Virus record (IMG/VR): IMGVR_UViG_3300031655_000016
Location: 1 to 38,394 of that record
Source: a virus
Taxonomy: Duplodnaviria > Caudoviricetes
Reading direction: 5' to 3' (one strand)
DNA: 38,394 nt
This document shows positions 24,563 to 33,955 of this stretch, in pieces. The position numbers and the translations under genes are program-made. Position 1 is the first letter of the stretch. Each line of letters opens with the position of its first letter. Below the pieces are notes generated by a model, which saw only the letters and a list, made by a program, of their open reading frames with translations, was not told the DNA's origin and made no database searches.

Positions 24563-26528
24563 TCCGTTTCCCCATGACATTTTTATTGTTATTTACCTTG
24601 TCTACATTCTCTTGTTCCTTTACGTACTCTTTTTCCCTAGCATTAAATCGCTCCCACTCTGGCCCAGAATAGAGTCGCTGCCTAACAACAGTCTTAATAT
24701 CTTGGATGTAGGCTCTGAACTGCCTGCTAAATTCGGATGTATTCGTTCTCTGTTCCCAATCGATTACTGAATTTCCACCTTTCTCATGCTTAATTATCTC
24801 TGAATAAAATGGAGTCTCAACCTTCTCCCCATCTGCGTTTGTATATTGACTATGATGTTTGATAGATTCGGTCTTCTCTTTGTTGTAACGCTGCGATTGG
24901 CCTGCGGAATTGATATCCCTCATAATAGCCCCAAGCATTTCTGCCTCAAATTTTCTAATTATATCGTACTCCTGTTTAGCGTGATCTAGGAGACTTTTAT
25001 TTGAGCCTGAGTATGCCCTGTAGTTAAACTTACCTCTGTCTTCAATAGGGATTCCCCATTTCAAATAGAACTCAGTCGGAGGTTTGCCAGACTCTCCACC
25101 ACTATTTTCCCCACCAATCATCTCAGTAAGCATACCCTTAATCTCATCTTTGGCATTGCTACCTCCGTTGTAACCCTTGGATAAAACGTCATGAGTTCTT
25201 CTATAGAATGCTTTAATAGCATCTCTAGTTGGCTTATGAGTAATACCTTGGTCTTTCAACAAAGTTTCAATCCTATCTATGTTATACGAATTTGTTGCTG
25301 TATTATACATACCGTAGTCTGACCCACTAGCTGTACCTGATGCTATTGCTTGTGCTATCTTACCATCTTGAGATGTCCACTCTGTAAATACAGACTGAAT
25401 ACGATTAGCACCTTTCCATTGGGTGTATTCCGTTTCCCTTCTAGCCAGTTCAGAATACTGAACGCTTGCCTCTAAATACTGCATATGTTCTTTGTGGCTC
25501 TCTGGAGTCAGTTCCCCATCCTCCATTAGAATGTCATATTTTGTTCTTTCTATACTTAGAGCCTTTTTGTGTAAATTTTTTCCTGTCGTTTCGTTGACTG
25601 TGTCTTCAGTATTTTTTGCTCTCATTTTTGCTGTACGTGCTGTATTAAATTCTTCTACGATTTGCTCTACCTTAGATTCATCTATGTTATTACCTAGCAT
25701 TCCAACCCTAGCTTGAATATGAAATAAGATTTGATCCTCATCTAAATCTCTGTAAGGTAGACCTGTTTTCTCATCCGTGTATTCAAACTTACCTTCTGAG
25801 ATATCATCACCAAATTGTCGACCCATTAGTTTAGCCCGTGCCATGTAAGCTTCGGTAATAAACATATCTGTGGCAGCATGAAACTGGTCTTTATTCAAAG
25901 CTCCAATCTTATACCTGTCTTCTAATAGCTGTATACCTATATTTAGCTGTTTGGTGGGATCTATTGCTGCTTTTCTTCCAAACTCATCTAAATTTAGTTT
26001 ATACCTCAACTGTAAATCAGCATCAGTTTCAGTAAACTGAGCAATATTTGCTTGTACTTCATAAGTACTAGCTTTCGTTAGTGAACGTGAAAGCATATCC
26101 AATCCAACTCTTTGTTCTTTTGGCGTTGCAGAAGGGTATATCTTATTATATTGGGAACCAAAGGCAGTAATACTGGCACGATATCTCTCTACTACGTCAT
26201 TCTTTTGTTCATAGGTACGTGTTTCTGACATTTCACTAGCAAATATGGCATCATTTTCCTGCAAATCTCTTTCTAATAAATTGACCTTATATTGTTTATT
26301 GATGTTTTGGGTGACCTTAACAGCTTCAGCCACTGTAAAAGCCATGTTCGTTAGCTCATTAGTGACAGCCATCTCTGCTTTAGCATTCTCCTGCCCTATT
26401 TCATAAGGCATATAATCTACTTTCAAAGCTCCAACATTGTTACCAATCCGACTAGTGGTTGGTAGCAATACAGGTTCTTGAACAGATTTTCTTTGGTCTA
26501 CTTCTAAACGTCTTCCTAATTTAGCCAT
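24555..26528 (-). CDS. Internal virion protein, gp15-analogous by position
   Basis: 657 aa, helical, in the core-protein block. Confidence 0.65.
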   Translation of the reverse strand: MAKLGRRLEVDQRKSVQEPVLLPTTSRIGNNVGALKVDYMPYEIGQENAKAEMAVTNELTNMAFTVAEAVKVTQNINKQYKVNLLERDLQENDAIFASEMSETRTYEQKNDVVERYRASITAFGSQYNKIYPSATPKEQRVGLDMLSRSLTKASTYEVQANIAQFTETDADLQLRYKLNLDEFGRKAAIDPTKQLNIGIQLLEDRYKIGALNKDQFHAATDMFITEAYMARAKLMGRQFGDDISEGKFEYTDEKTGLPYRDLDEDQILFHIQARVGMLGNNIDESKVEQIVEEFNTARTAKMRAKNTEDTVNETTGKNLHKKALSIERTKYDILMEDGELTPESHKEHMQYLEASVQYSELARRETEYTQWKGANRIQSVFTEWTSQDGKIAQAIASGTASGSDYGMYNTATNSYNIDRIETLLKDQGITHKPTRDAIKAFYRRTHDVLSKGYNGGSNAKDEIKGMLTEMIGGENSGGESGKPPTEFYLKWGIPIEDRGKFNYRAYSGSNKSLLDHAKQEYDIIRKFEAEMLGAIMRDINSAGQSQRYNKEKTESIKHHSQYTNADGEKVETPFYSEIIKHEKGGNSVIDWEQRTNTSEFSRQFRAYIQDIKTVVRQRLYSGPEWERFNAREKEYVKEQENVDKVNNNKNVMGKRND

Positions 26529-26531
26529 AGT

Positions 26532-27305
26532 TTAGTACGATATTGGGTTGCTCATGCCAAGTTTTGGAGAAGGACTACTCATGCCTACACCAGCGCCAGA
26601 ACCACCACCACCTGCAAATGCACCACCAGAAGCAAGACCACTAACACCGTCTGCTATACCACCTATTAGTGCTGCATTAGCTGCTTGTTGTGCTTGATAG
26701 GCTTTAGAAGCCCCTGCGTAGTAGTTCATGTTCCCTTGATTAATAATACTAGCTCTTTGAATATCTGAGTTATACTGCCCCATAAAAGCTTGTTGCATCA
26801 TATTGTTGTAGTCTACCTTACCTTTGTATCGGGTCATTTCTGCTGCTTGTTCCGTCCTAGATACTGCTTGATATCCTCTTTGTTCTATGTTAGCTAAATT
26901 TAAAGCAGCAGCATTAGCATCAGCCATTGCTACTACAGCAGGACTACCTGACATCGTAACCCCAGAGTTACCCCACTTAGCTCTTTTCTCAGAGGTGAAT
27001 ATGTCGTACTGCCTCTCAGCCATAAAGAAATCAAATTCATTCTGGTCTTCTATTTGGGTTGCTTGCCTGTCTATTAAGTAAGCATTGTAAACAGACTGCT
27101 CTCCTACTATGTCGGCATTACGTTCATCAATCGCCCTAACAATACGACCACGATCCTGTTCCATCTGAGCGTTGATCTTTGATATCTGTGCGTTGTACTG
27201 TGCCGTAGCCATTGCAGACTTAGCGGAATTTTGCCCTGCTTTGTAACCACTTGCTCCTTTTGCTACTGAGGCTCCTGCCACAATTGCCATGGTAACTGGT
27301 TCCAT
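26532..27305 (-). CDS. Internal virion protein, gp14-analogous
   Basis: MEPVTMAIVAG start (TAATG overlap), Ala/Gln-rich, SGVTMSGSP motif. Confidence 0.75.
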   Translation of the reverse strand: MEPVTMAIVAGASVAKGASGYKAGQNSAKSAMATAQYNAQISKINAQMEQDRGRIVRAIDERNADIVGEQSVYNAYLIDRQATQIEDQNEFDFFMAERQYDIFTSEKRAKWGNSGVTMSGSPAVVAMADANAAALNLANIEQRGYQAVSRTEQAAEMTRYKGKVDYNNMMQQAFMGQYNSDIQRASIINQGNMNYYAGASKAYQAQQAANAALIGGIADGVSGLASGGAFAGGGGSGAGVGMSSPSPKLGMSNPISY

Positions 27306-27796
27306 TACTTCTCCTCCCAGATAGCGTACATACAATTATCCATTGTTCCACCACAATAGTTGTGCAAAGTGCCTTCGTATTTAAATCCTAGATATTTTAC
27401 AAATCTATGTAACATCTCATAATCCTTTACAACTTGGGCTTGTACCCGTTTTAACTTATACTTTTCACGAACGTACTTCAAGTAGAACTTACATATCTTA
27501 ATGTACGAAAATCTTAGAGATGGAATCTGTGGAGAACCTATAACCCAAACTTCTCCAACTCCCTCCCATAGTATGTTGATACCACCTATTAATAAAATCT
27601 TTCCATCTAAATAGCATGTGTAAGCTTCTATTGCTTCTCTTCCTATTGCATCAGCCCATTGTGTATCTGATAATTTAACGGCTGCTTTTACTGTGTCATC
27701 ATGTGGTCTAACAACCAATTCCTTAAAATGGTCATGTTCGTAAGGAATGATCTGTATTCTACCACATTGTTTTAATGGTGGTTCAGTCTGATACAT
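27305..27796 (-). CDS. GNAT-fold acetyltransferase-like protein (T7 gp13 position)
   Basis: GG..ILWEGVGEVW...RVQAQV...RFVKYLGFKYEG.L..Y. Confidence 0.75.
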   Translation of the reverse strand: MYQTEPPLKQCGRIQIIPYEHDHFKELVVRPHDDTVKAAVKLSDTQWADAIGREAIEAYTCYLDGKILLIGGINILWEGVGEVWVIGSPQIPSLRFSYIKICKFYLKYVREKYKLKRVQAQVVKDYEMLHRFVKYLGFKYEGTLHNYCGGTMDNCMYAIWEEK

Positions 27797-29885
27797 TAAG
27801 TTCGCCTGTTAATGATATTAACGTCATACCAAGCGGTTGCTCCTGTTTAATGGTTAAAGAAGAATCTGATTCTTTCCATCCTAAATTTGTGACATCATGC
27901 TGTCCTGTAAACGTAGGAGGGGCTGAATCCATAGGATCTCCACCAGAGCGAAGAATCAACTGCTTGTCATTTACGGAAATACCAGAGGTTTGATATAAGT
28001 TTAATATGATTCTACTCCAAGATTTCTTCTTACCAAAAGACGCACCATCTTTCTGGGGTACTTCTGGAGGAAGTGTTACAATCTCAGTTGTGTAAGGAAG
28101 ACCAATGTATGCTGTAGAAACAGTCTCAGATATAGTTACAGAACCACCAGAGACTACTACACTTGGGTAGACTGCATTGTCTCCAACTATAGATACTGTT
28201 TGACCTTCTAAATGAGCTAACCCAGAAAAAGCACTAATCGGAGAACCTGAGTAAGTCAACCCAGAATCTACAAATATCTCTGGATCTAGGTATTCAATGT
28301 ATCTTACTGTACCGCCATTAATCGTTCTCTTAACGCTCATCCATAATTCATCAGATAACCCATCCGCAGAAGGGATTACAGCAACACTTTCAACTTCCGT
28401 GCCTGTACCACCAACGGGATGTTGATGCCAAGCCACTACTTGTTGATCTCTTTGGTAAGTTAGTCCAATAAGAAGCCCATCAGAACGAACAGCCCATATA
28501 ATTGAATCTGGTTCTTGCTGATAAGCCATATCAGCAATACCATCCCCAGTAATATCTTCTGCCAGTATAGTTAAATCAGGTGCTACAAATCCTTCTACGT
28601 TCAAATCAAAAATCATTTGACGTATTTTTTTAGTAGCTCTTTGGTTGAATAAAACAGCCCTACCAGAAGTCACTGGTATTACTGTACTAGAGCCGTACTT
28701 TGTTTCTTGAACAACCCTTACATTAGACGGAGTAACGGGTGCGCCATTCCCATGGAGCTTAAATTCACCACCTACAGTACCAATCAATAACACATCAGAT
28801 GCTTTCATCCAGCGTATAACATTCACGTCATCTGTAGCTAATGTAAACTCTACTGATTCATCATCCAAGCCAGTACCTTGATTCATATTTAAAAAATCAC
28901 CTGACTTGCTTGCCCAGATTGTTTGTGGGTTATTGTCTGTTCCACCCCAATATAATCTTTCCTCAAAAAATGTAACCGATCTAGGATATTCACCTGCGCC
29001 ACCTACAAAATTAGAAGGAGCAGACGCAAATGATATAGTAGCTAGAGTCCATGATACATGGCTAGTTCTTGTTAGTTTACGTGGGGCATGAGAAGGATGA
29101 GCTATATACAGCGTATCAGCAGATTGAGCAAGATATAAGTCAGATACTTGTGCCGTTGTGTACGGAGTTACAACCTCTACTACATCACCACCAGTTTGTA
29201 TTTGACCGTTATCTTTATAAAATCTTATATATAAGTTACCAAACTCTAGGATATAGGCTTGGGTAACACTAAATTCAAATCTAGCTAAACGTATTTTTGC
29301 GTCTTGGGTAGCAATCTTAACTGACACTTCATCGACAGTATGTGTAGCACCTAAAATATGTTTAAAGCCAATAAAAGTTGCTGTGCTAAGAGCAGTAAAC
29401 TCTATAGTATGAGTAGCTACGGAGTAAGATGTTGAGGCTAATATATCGACAGCACCAGTAGTTGTTCCAATTTGAACGCTGACCGCACCTGTCCCAATAG
29501 TAAAACTCAGTACATATAACTTGCCAGCTACTGTAACTATTTCATCTTCTGCCCAACCATAATTACTAGCATCGACAGATACTATATTCATTAAATTCGT
29601 AGAGTGTGCTATCGAACTACCAGATCCTACAGTCTTATCTGTCCAACCTGTAATATTAGATGCGAATGTGCCATTAGCTACTAATTCAGAACCACTAGGG
29701 ATTCCTTTGACTCCTGCTACATAGTGGAAACCACCTCTACGCACAACACCACCATGCGGTAAGCTGTAGGCATTTTTCTGTGTCTTCAGTCCGTTGTTGT
29801 ATTTATTTATGTCAACTCTACCATGCAGACGTGGTGATAACTGACCTGCTGTAAAGTTAGTTTGTATCGGGAATACTTTAGCCAT
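27783..29885 (-). CDS. Tail tubular protein B (nozzle) with inserted beta-sandwich
   Basis: NFTAGQLSP...RRGG, LEFG..YIRFY, YP..VTFFEERL, VVAWH motifs. Confidence 0.88.
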   Translation of the reverse strand: MAKVFPIQTNFTAGQLSPRLHGRVDINKYNNGLKTQKNAYSLPHGGVVRRGGFHYVAGVKGIPSGSELVANGTFASNITGWTDKTVGSGSSIAHSTNLMNIVSVDASNYGWAEDEIVTVAGKLYVLSFTIGTGAVSVQIGTTTGAVDILASTSYSVATHTIEFTALSTATFIGFKHILGATHTVDEVSVKIATQDAKIRLARFEFSVTQAYILEFGNLYIRFYKDNGQIQTGGDVVEVVTPYTTAQVSDLYLAQSADTLYIAHPSHAPRKLTRTSHVSWTLATISFASAPSNFVGGAGEYPRSVTFFEERLYWGGTDNNPQTIWASKSGDFLNMNQGTGLDDESVEFTLATDDVNVIRWMKASDVLLIGTVGGEFKLHGNGAPVTPSNVRVVQETKYGSSTVIPVTSGRAVLFNQRATKKIRQMIFDLNVEGFVAPDLTILAEDITGDGIADMAYQQEPDSIIWAVRSDGLLIGLTYQRDQQVVAWHQHPVGGTGTEVESVAVIPSADGLSDELWMSVKRTINGGTVRYIEYLDPEIFVDSGLTYSGSPISAFSGLAHLEGQTVSIVGDNAVYPSVVVSGGSVTISETVSTAYIGLPYTTEIVTLPPEVPQKDGASFGKKKSWSRIILNLYQTSGISVNDKQLILRSGGDPMDSAPPTFTGQHDVTNLGWKESDSSLTIKQEQPLGMTLISLTGELNVSD

Positions 29886-30464
29886 TTATCTCAATCGTAA
29901 GTCTGTGAGTGCGTCTGTTACAATCGTTTCTGGGGTTCCTTCCTGTGAATCAATTGTCCTAGCTTCTCTTACTATTGATTCAAACATTGCTCCCATCTGA
30001 GACATAACTGTATGTGATCGTGTAATAGGGTATGCAAGTTTCCATGCTATTCTAAAAACAATAGCTTGATGGAGTAGAGCATCAAACAATGTAGCGTCTT
30101 CTAATCGTTGAATATAGGTTATATCTACCGTTGATTCTTCCGTTAGAAGTTCTCTGCCTTGTATTGCGTGGTCTAATTTGATATCACCAGATACCGTTCT
30201 TACATCTAGTATACGTAAGCAATAGGGATCGGTGGGTAGGGTAAATTTAAAAGCCCAATCTATAATTGGTGCAGTCGCTAGTGATGCTAGATTCGCTGTG
30301 GTTATAGCGCAGTTCCAGCGATGACTTCGTAATACTGCATCTCTTTCACCATCAAAGAAACGATTAACAAGCACCGCATTAGAATCATTATCTGTAAAAC
30401 TTGTAATAGAGTTTGCCCCTAGCATTAACAGGGCTTCATTTGCTATGTCTACTTTGGAAGCCAT
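29886..30464 (-). CDS. Tail tubular protein A (adaptor)
   Basis: DIANEALLMLG...VLRSHRWNCA...LP.D.LRI. Confidence 0.85.
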   Translation of the reverse strand: MASKVDIANEALLMLGANSITSFTDNDSNAVLVNRFFDGERDAVLRSHRWNCAITTANLASLATAPIIDWAFKFTLPTDPYCLRILDVRTVSGDIKLDHAIQGRELLTEESTVDITYIQRLEDATLFDALLHQAIVFRIAWKLAYPITRSHTVMSQMGAMFESIVREARTIDSQEGTPETIVTDALTDLRLR

Positions 30465-30465
30465 A

Positions 30466-30831
30466 TTAGTATGTCCAAATAACAGGGTTAGTTTTTTTGT
30501 AATCTATGTCAAGATGGATAAAAGATTTCGCTATTCCTACACGCATCCATCCCATCTCTAAAATTGTACGTATCAATCGGTGTCTTAAGACTGCATCATC
30601 CATTGCTATATCAACAGCTAAACCAGTTAGATGCGAAGAATTTTCAGATCCACCAGAAGCCTTATTCCAAGTAGGACATCTTACCCCACTTGTGACCGTC
30701 ATTGGACAACCATACTCTGATCTTGTTATCTGTAAATCCTCAACTAGTTTAACACTAATGTCCTTCAAACCACATCCACATTTGCAAGCAAATTCAGCTT
30801 CAGAGAAATTTCTTGTGATTTGTACACCCAT
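30466..30831 (-). CDS. Peptidase M15 family endolysin
   Basis: NFSEAEFACKCGCG, SGVRC..WN, SSHLTGLAVDI, FIHLD. Confidence 0.9.
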   Translation of the reverse strand: MGVQITRNFSEAEFACKCGCGLKDISVKLVEDLQITRSEYGCPMTVTSGVRCPTWNKASGGSENSSHLTGLAVDIAMDDAVLRHRLIRTILEMGWMRVGIAKSFIHLDIDYKKTNPVIWTY

Positions 30832-30912
30832 TTATTTACCTTTTATTTTTTTCTTCTTAGGTACTGGTGGTCTTCCTTTTTTTGTGCCGTAAGTTCCTTT
30901 TCCTGCTGGCAT
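30832..30912 (-). CDS. 26-aa highly basic peptide (not in the ORF track)
   Basis: AAGGAG RBS; MPAGKGTYGTKKGRPPVPKKKKIKGK; stop abuts the endolysin ATG. Confidence 0.75.
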   Translation of the reverse strand: MPAGKGTYGTKKGRPPVPKKKKIKGK

Positions 30913-30924
30913 ATCATTCTCCTT

Positions 30925-30959
30925 AAAAAGTAAGGCGATGGCTCCGAAAAGCCACCACC
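30925..30959 (-). terminator. Intrinsic terminator after the capsid genes
   Basis: GGTGGTGGCT-TTTCGG-AGCCATCGCC then TTACTTTTT. Confidence 0.8.
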
Positions 30960-30965
30960 AAACAG

Positions 30966-31433
30966 TTAGTTAGGATCTGCGTACATTACATGAAAATCAA
31001 ACGTATCTGCTGCTAGTGCGGTTCCTGCTCCCAATGCGAAAGTCAGAACTAGTTCACCAGTTGTCAAATACCCTGTATCATGCGTTCCACTTTCATGGAA
31101 ATTAGTAACAGTTCTTGCTGAGTCAGCAGCAACTGCACTTATAAACGCATCTGCATCTATTGCAACCGCAGCCCCAGTACTCTGGGTTGTATGTGCTGCG
31201 TAACCAACATTTACAGTAGCCGATGATTCAAGGTCACTGATAATGACCATTGACTGCGGTAAAATGCGTACACCAGAAGGGATAACCATAACCGACACCA
31301 CGTCTCCATTGTCAAGAGCAGCACCAGTAAATTGCGCATACCGATACGTAACTCCACTCCAAGAAGAAGGGGCGTTTTTGGTTCCTGCACCATCCGTAGC
31401 GTTAGTGTATTCTGTACCTTTTAATTCAGCCAT
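30966..31433 (-). CDS. Capsid decoration/cement protein
   Basis: Beta-rich 155 aa between the MCP and the terminator; GGAGG RBS. Confidence 0.65.
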   Translation of the reverse strand: MAELKGTEYTNATDGAGTKNAPSSWSGVTYRYAQFTGAALDNGDVVSVMVIPSGVRILPQSMVIISDLESSATVNVGYAAHTTQSTGAAVAIDADAFISAVAADSARTVTNFHESGTHDTGYLTTGELVLTFALGAGTALAADTFDFHVMYADPN

Positions 31434-31445
31434 CTTACACCTCCG

Positions 31446-32327
31446 TTAGGAATCAGTACAGGCAATCTCTACAACCTTTTCGTCTTCGATGCGAACCGCA
31501 CCTAGACACATCTGGGCATAGACCTGTGTACTATGGTTTTTATCTGCACGTTCAGAGATTTCTGTCTTAACGTCCATTCCCATGCTTAGACCAATTCCTT
31601 CAGGAATCCATGCTAAACATAGCGTATTACTACTTGAATCTACTCCTAAACGCTCTGAACGGTGGAATTTGAAACCCAAGAAGGTATCAATATCCCCTGC
31701 TACTAGAGCTTTCACCGTATTGTAATCTGAACTTTGAATTTGAGAATCCCCTAGGAGATCATAAAATTGATTGCTCTTCATAACAATGTGGCGTGGTAGA
31801 TCAGGATCAACATCAGAAGCATCCAAGATTTTCTTAGCTTGCATTAACTTATCGATGTTCATATCAACTGCTGAACCACTTCCTACAGCAACTTTTTGAG
31901 CAGCAGGTAAGGCTACGTTAGATGATGCGTCATTCTCATCAATCGTTGTAGCGTTACCAGACATAGCAGCGATGATTATATCATCCATCTTTCGCCCCAT
32001 TGCCCATACACCAGCTTTCATATAGTCGGAAGCAGGATCAGCTAACATTCGGACTTTATCTGCCTTGTCAATCAAGTCAGCCCAATTGTAGTCATCCATG
32101 CTCACACGTCTACGTGAGTGTGGTGTAGAGATTAATGGAGTATCAGAATGTCGGCTTGTAATCTTTTGAGCCGATGTGCTACCTATTCTGTCAAAATGGT
32201 CATATTTACCTACTACATCCGCATTTAAACGAACATAGTCACGCAAACGTGAACCCTTTTGCTGTACCAAGTGAATAAAAGTGTCCCTAAACTTCTGGAC
32301 AAATGCTTTATTGACTTCAGTACTCAT
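31446..32327 (-). CDS. Major capsid protein
   Basis: AFVQ.F...LVQQKGSRLR...TPHSRRR...AMGR.MDD.II...FLGFKF...GAVRIEDEKVV. Confidence 0.92.
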   Translation of the reverse strand: MSTEVNKAFVQKFRDTFIHLVQQKGSRLRDYVRLNADVVGKYDHFDRIGSTSAQKITSRHSDTPLISTPHSRRRVSMDDYNWADLIDKADKVRMLADPASDYMKAGVWAMGRKMDDIIIAAMSGNATTIDENDASSNVALPAAQKVAVGSGSAVDMNIDKLMQAKKILDASDVDPDLPRHIVMKSNQFYDLLGDSQIQSSDYNTVKALVAGDIDTFLGFKFHRSERLGVDSSSNTLCLAWIPEGIGLSMGMDVKTEISERADKNHSTQVYAQMCLGAVRIEDEKVVEIACTDS

Positions 32328-32334
32328 AATACAC

Positions 32335-32422
32335 CTCTTATTTTAAGAGATAAAAAGGAAGAGTTATCTGCACCATGCAGGCTCTTATTTGCGTGAAGAC
32401 CTAGTTGTCCTTTTACGGGCTA
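32335..32422 (-). promoter_or_regulatory. Structured MCP leader: two C/AYAA internal-loop hairpins and an RBS-occluding hairpin
   Basis: TAG-C-CC..GG-ACAA-CTA and GAG-C-CTGCA..TGCAG-ATAA-CTC; CTCTTA-AAA-TAAGAG covers most of the SD. Confidence 0.5.
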
Positions 32423-32630
32423 TTTTCTTCACAAGTTGGGGAGTGTAAACTTCTATAGGGAGTCTGACTGCCGAAGGACACATTCCATAAAATGTATCTG
32501 CCGAAGTCTTCGTCTGGTAAGAGTTACAAAACCCATATTTCTCTGGAGTGGTCTTTCCTTTTTCCTCATCAACACGTCTGTCTTTGTAGGTAAAGTGCGA
32601 ACACTCAGAGCAAATTATATTCTCAATCAT
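32385..32630 (-). CDS. Small Cys-rich (Zn-binding) protein
   Basis: CSECSH...GFC...C; ATGA overlap with the scaffold stop. Confidence 0.65.
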   Translation of the reverse strand: MIENIICSECSHFTYKDRRVDEEKGKTTPEKYGFCNSYQTKTSADTFYGMCPSAVRLPIEVYTPQLVKKIARKRTTRSSRK

Positions 32631-33469
32631 TCCTCACTCCTGTATACCACATCGTAGAGATTATCCCTATAAGCAATTGCTTCTTCATGCTTAATGTGTT
32701 TGGGGTCAAACAATGCTTCATGGTATTTATGCTTGGTATCTTTCATTATTGCATCTATTTCAATTCTAGCAGAATCTGAATCTATTGAACCAGTATCTCT
32801 ACCAGAGCCTGACATTTCTGGCTCATTGAATGCTGTCCCTATCTTATGTAGAAACTTAATCATTCCAACATTATTAGCTATACCGTTCTCATTAACGAAA
32901 GCTTTTAGGTCGTCATCAGCAAATCTATTAAAGGCACGTCTTGATAATGCAAGATTTTTATCGTATTCTTGTGGCCCCCATTCTTTCTTAAGGGTAGTTT
33001 CAGCAGATATACGTGCTTGTCCCATAGCTGCATCACCATCAATCATAGCCCCATTTATCATATCAGTATAAAAGTCAACTGCTTTCTGGGCTTGATTATT
33101 AGTAAATCCTTGACTGAATGCTTGATTTCTAAACTCTAGGATCTTTTGTTGATCCGCAGGATTAGCAGAAAAGCGTTCATCAATTACCAGATCATACTTG
33201 TCTGGAGATTCTGGACGACCTACCTTAGTAAAGAAGTCACTACGTTCTTCATCAGAAGAATCATCAGTAGGTACTTTAACCCTAGAACCTAACATTTCTT
33301 GCATAGAAAGATAGGAACTACTTAGTCCACCCACATCCTTAAACTTCTGTAGGGTTGCGTTTTCCTTAAGATCATCAGGCAAATAACGTGATTGCCAAGA
33401 ATTATCTTCTGGTGTTGCTACTTCCTCTGTGATGAGATTATCGTTTGTCACGGTCGCATCTTCAGTCAT
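32627..33469 (-). CDS. Capsid scaffolding protein
   Basis: Acidic; KFKDV..L..SY, GRPESPDKY, LKKEWG motifs; between portal and MCP. Confidence 0.85.
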   Translation of the reverse strand: MTEDATVTNDNLITEEVATPEDNSWQSRYLPDDLKENATLQKFKDVGGLSSSYLSMQEMLGSRVKVPTDDSSDEERSDFFTKVGRPESPDKYDLVIDERFSANPADQQKILEFRNQAFSQGFTNNQAQKAVDFYTDMINGAMIDGDAAMGQARISAETTLKKEWGPQEYDKNLALSRRAFNRFADDDLKAFVNENGIANNVGMIKFLHKIGTAFNEPEMSGSGRDTGSIDSDSARIEIDAIMKDTKHKYHEALFDPKHIKHEEAIAYRDNLYDVVYRSEE

Positions 33470-33696
33470 AAGTACATCTCCTTTAATTGTTTACAAGCTA
33501 TAGCAGCTTTATCAAAATACCCTTGTTTAGTCATCGTCTTACTATGTACTTCATCAAACATCTTTTTAGTATTACATAAGAATGGTCTTGTAGCATATAT
33601 AGAACACTTGTTATCTGCTGTAAGATCAGGACAATCTAAAACCTTACAACAAGCTCCACACTCATCGCATGGGAAATTCCACTCTGTTGTTTCCAT
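33466..33696 (-). CDS. YkgJ-family CxxCxxCC Zn/Fe-S cluster protein
   Basis: FPCDECGACC...CPDL....CSIYATRPFLC. Confidence 0.85.
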   Translation of the reverse strand: METTEWNFPCDECGACCKVLDCPDLTADNKCSIYATRPFLCNTKKMFDEVHSKTMTKQGYFDKAAIACKQLKEMYL

Positions 33697-33697
33697 C

Positions 33698-33955
33698 CTA
33701 TTCTTCGTAGGTTGTTTCTTGTTGCACAGTTGGTTTAACTTCTTTGAATGCCTTAATTTGTGCTTTGATTCCTAACACTAATCCACGACCACCTTCATTG
33801 AAGTACGTAGAGTAGGGATCATTTGGTACGGCTGATATCTGGTTAGAGTACATTTCATCTAAAAAATCTAGAACACGTTCTCCATAAGTTCCAGAAAATG
33901 TTTTGACTATAGCTTCTCTGATCTCAACCAATTCTTCATTATAACGGGAACGCAT
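33698..33955 (-). CDS. Bbp19-like head-module protein
   Basis: TFSGTYGERVLDFL...DPYSTYFNEG.R directly after the portal. Confidence 0.75.
   Translation of the reverse strand: MRSRYNEELVEIREAIVKTFSGTYGERVLDFLDEMYSNQISAVPNDPYSTYFNEGGRGLVLGIKAQIKAFKEVKPTVQQETTYEE

Noticed and set aside
24555-24580. Programmed frameshift at GGGAAAC joining the 657-aa and LysM genes
   Set aside because: The heptamer is in the wrong phase for a -1 shift (fusion needs +1), and an ATGATTGA overlap explains the coupling.
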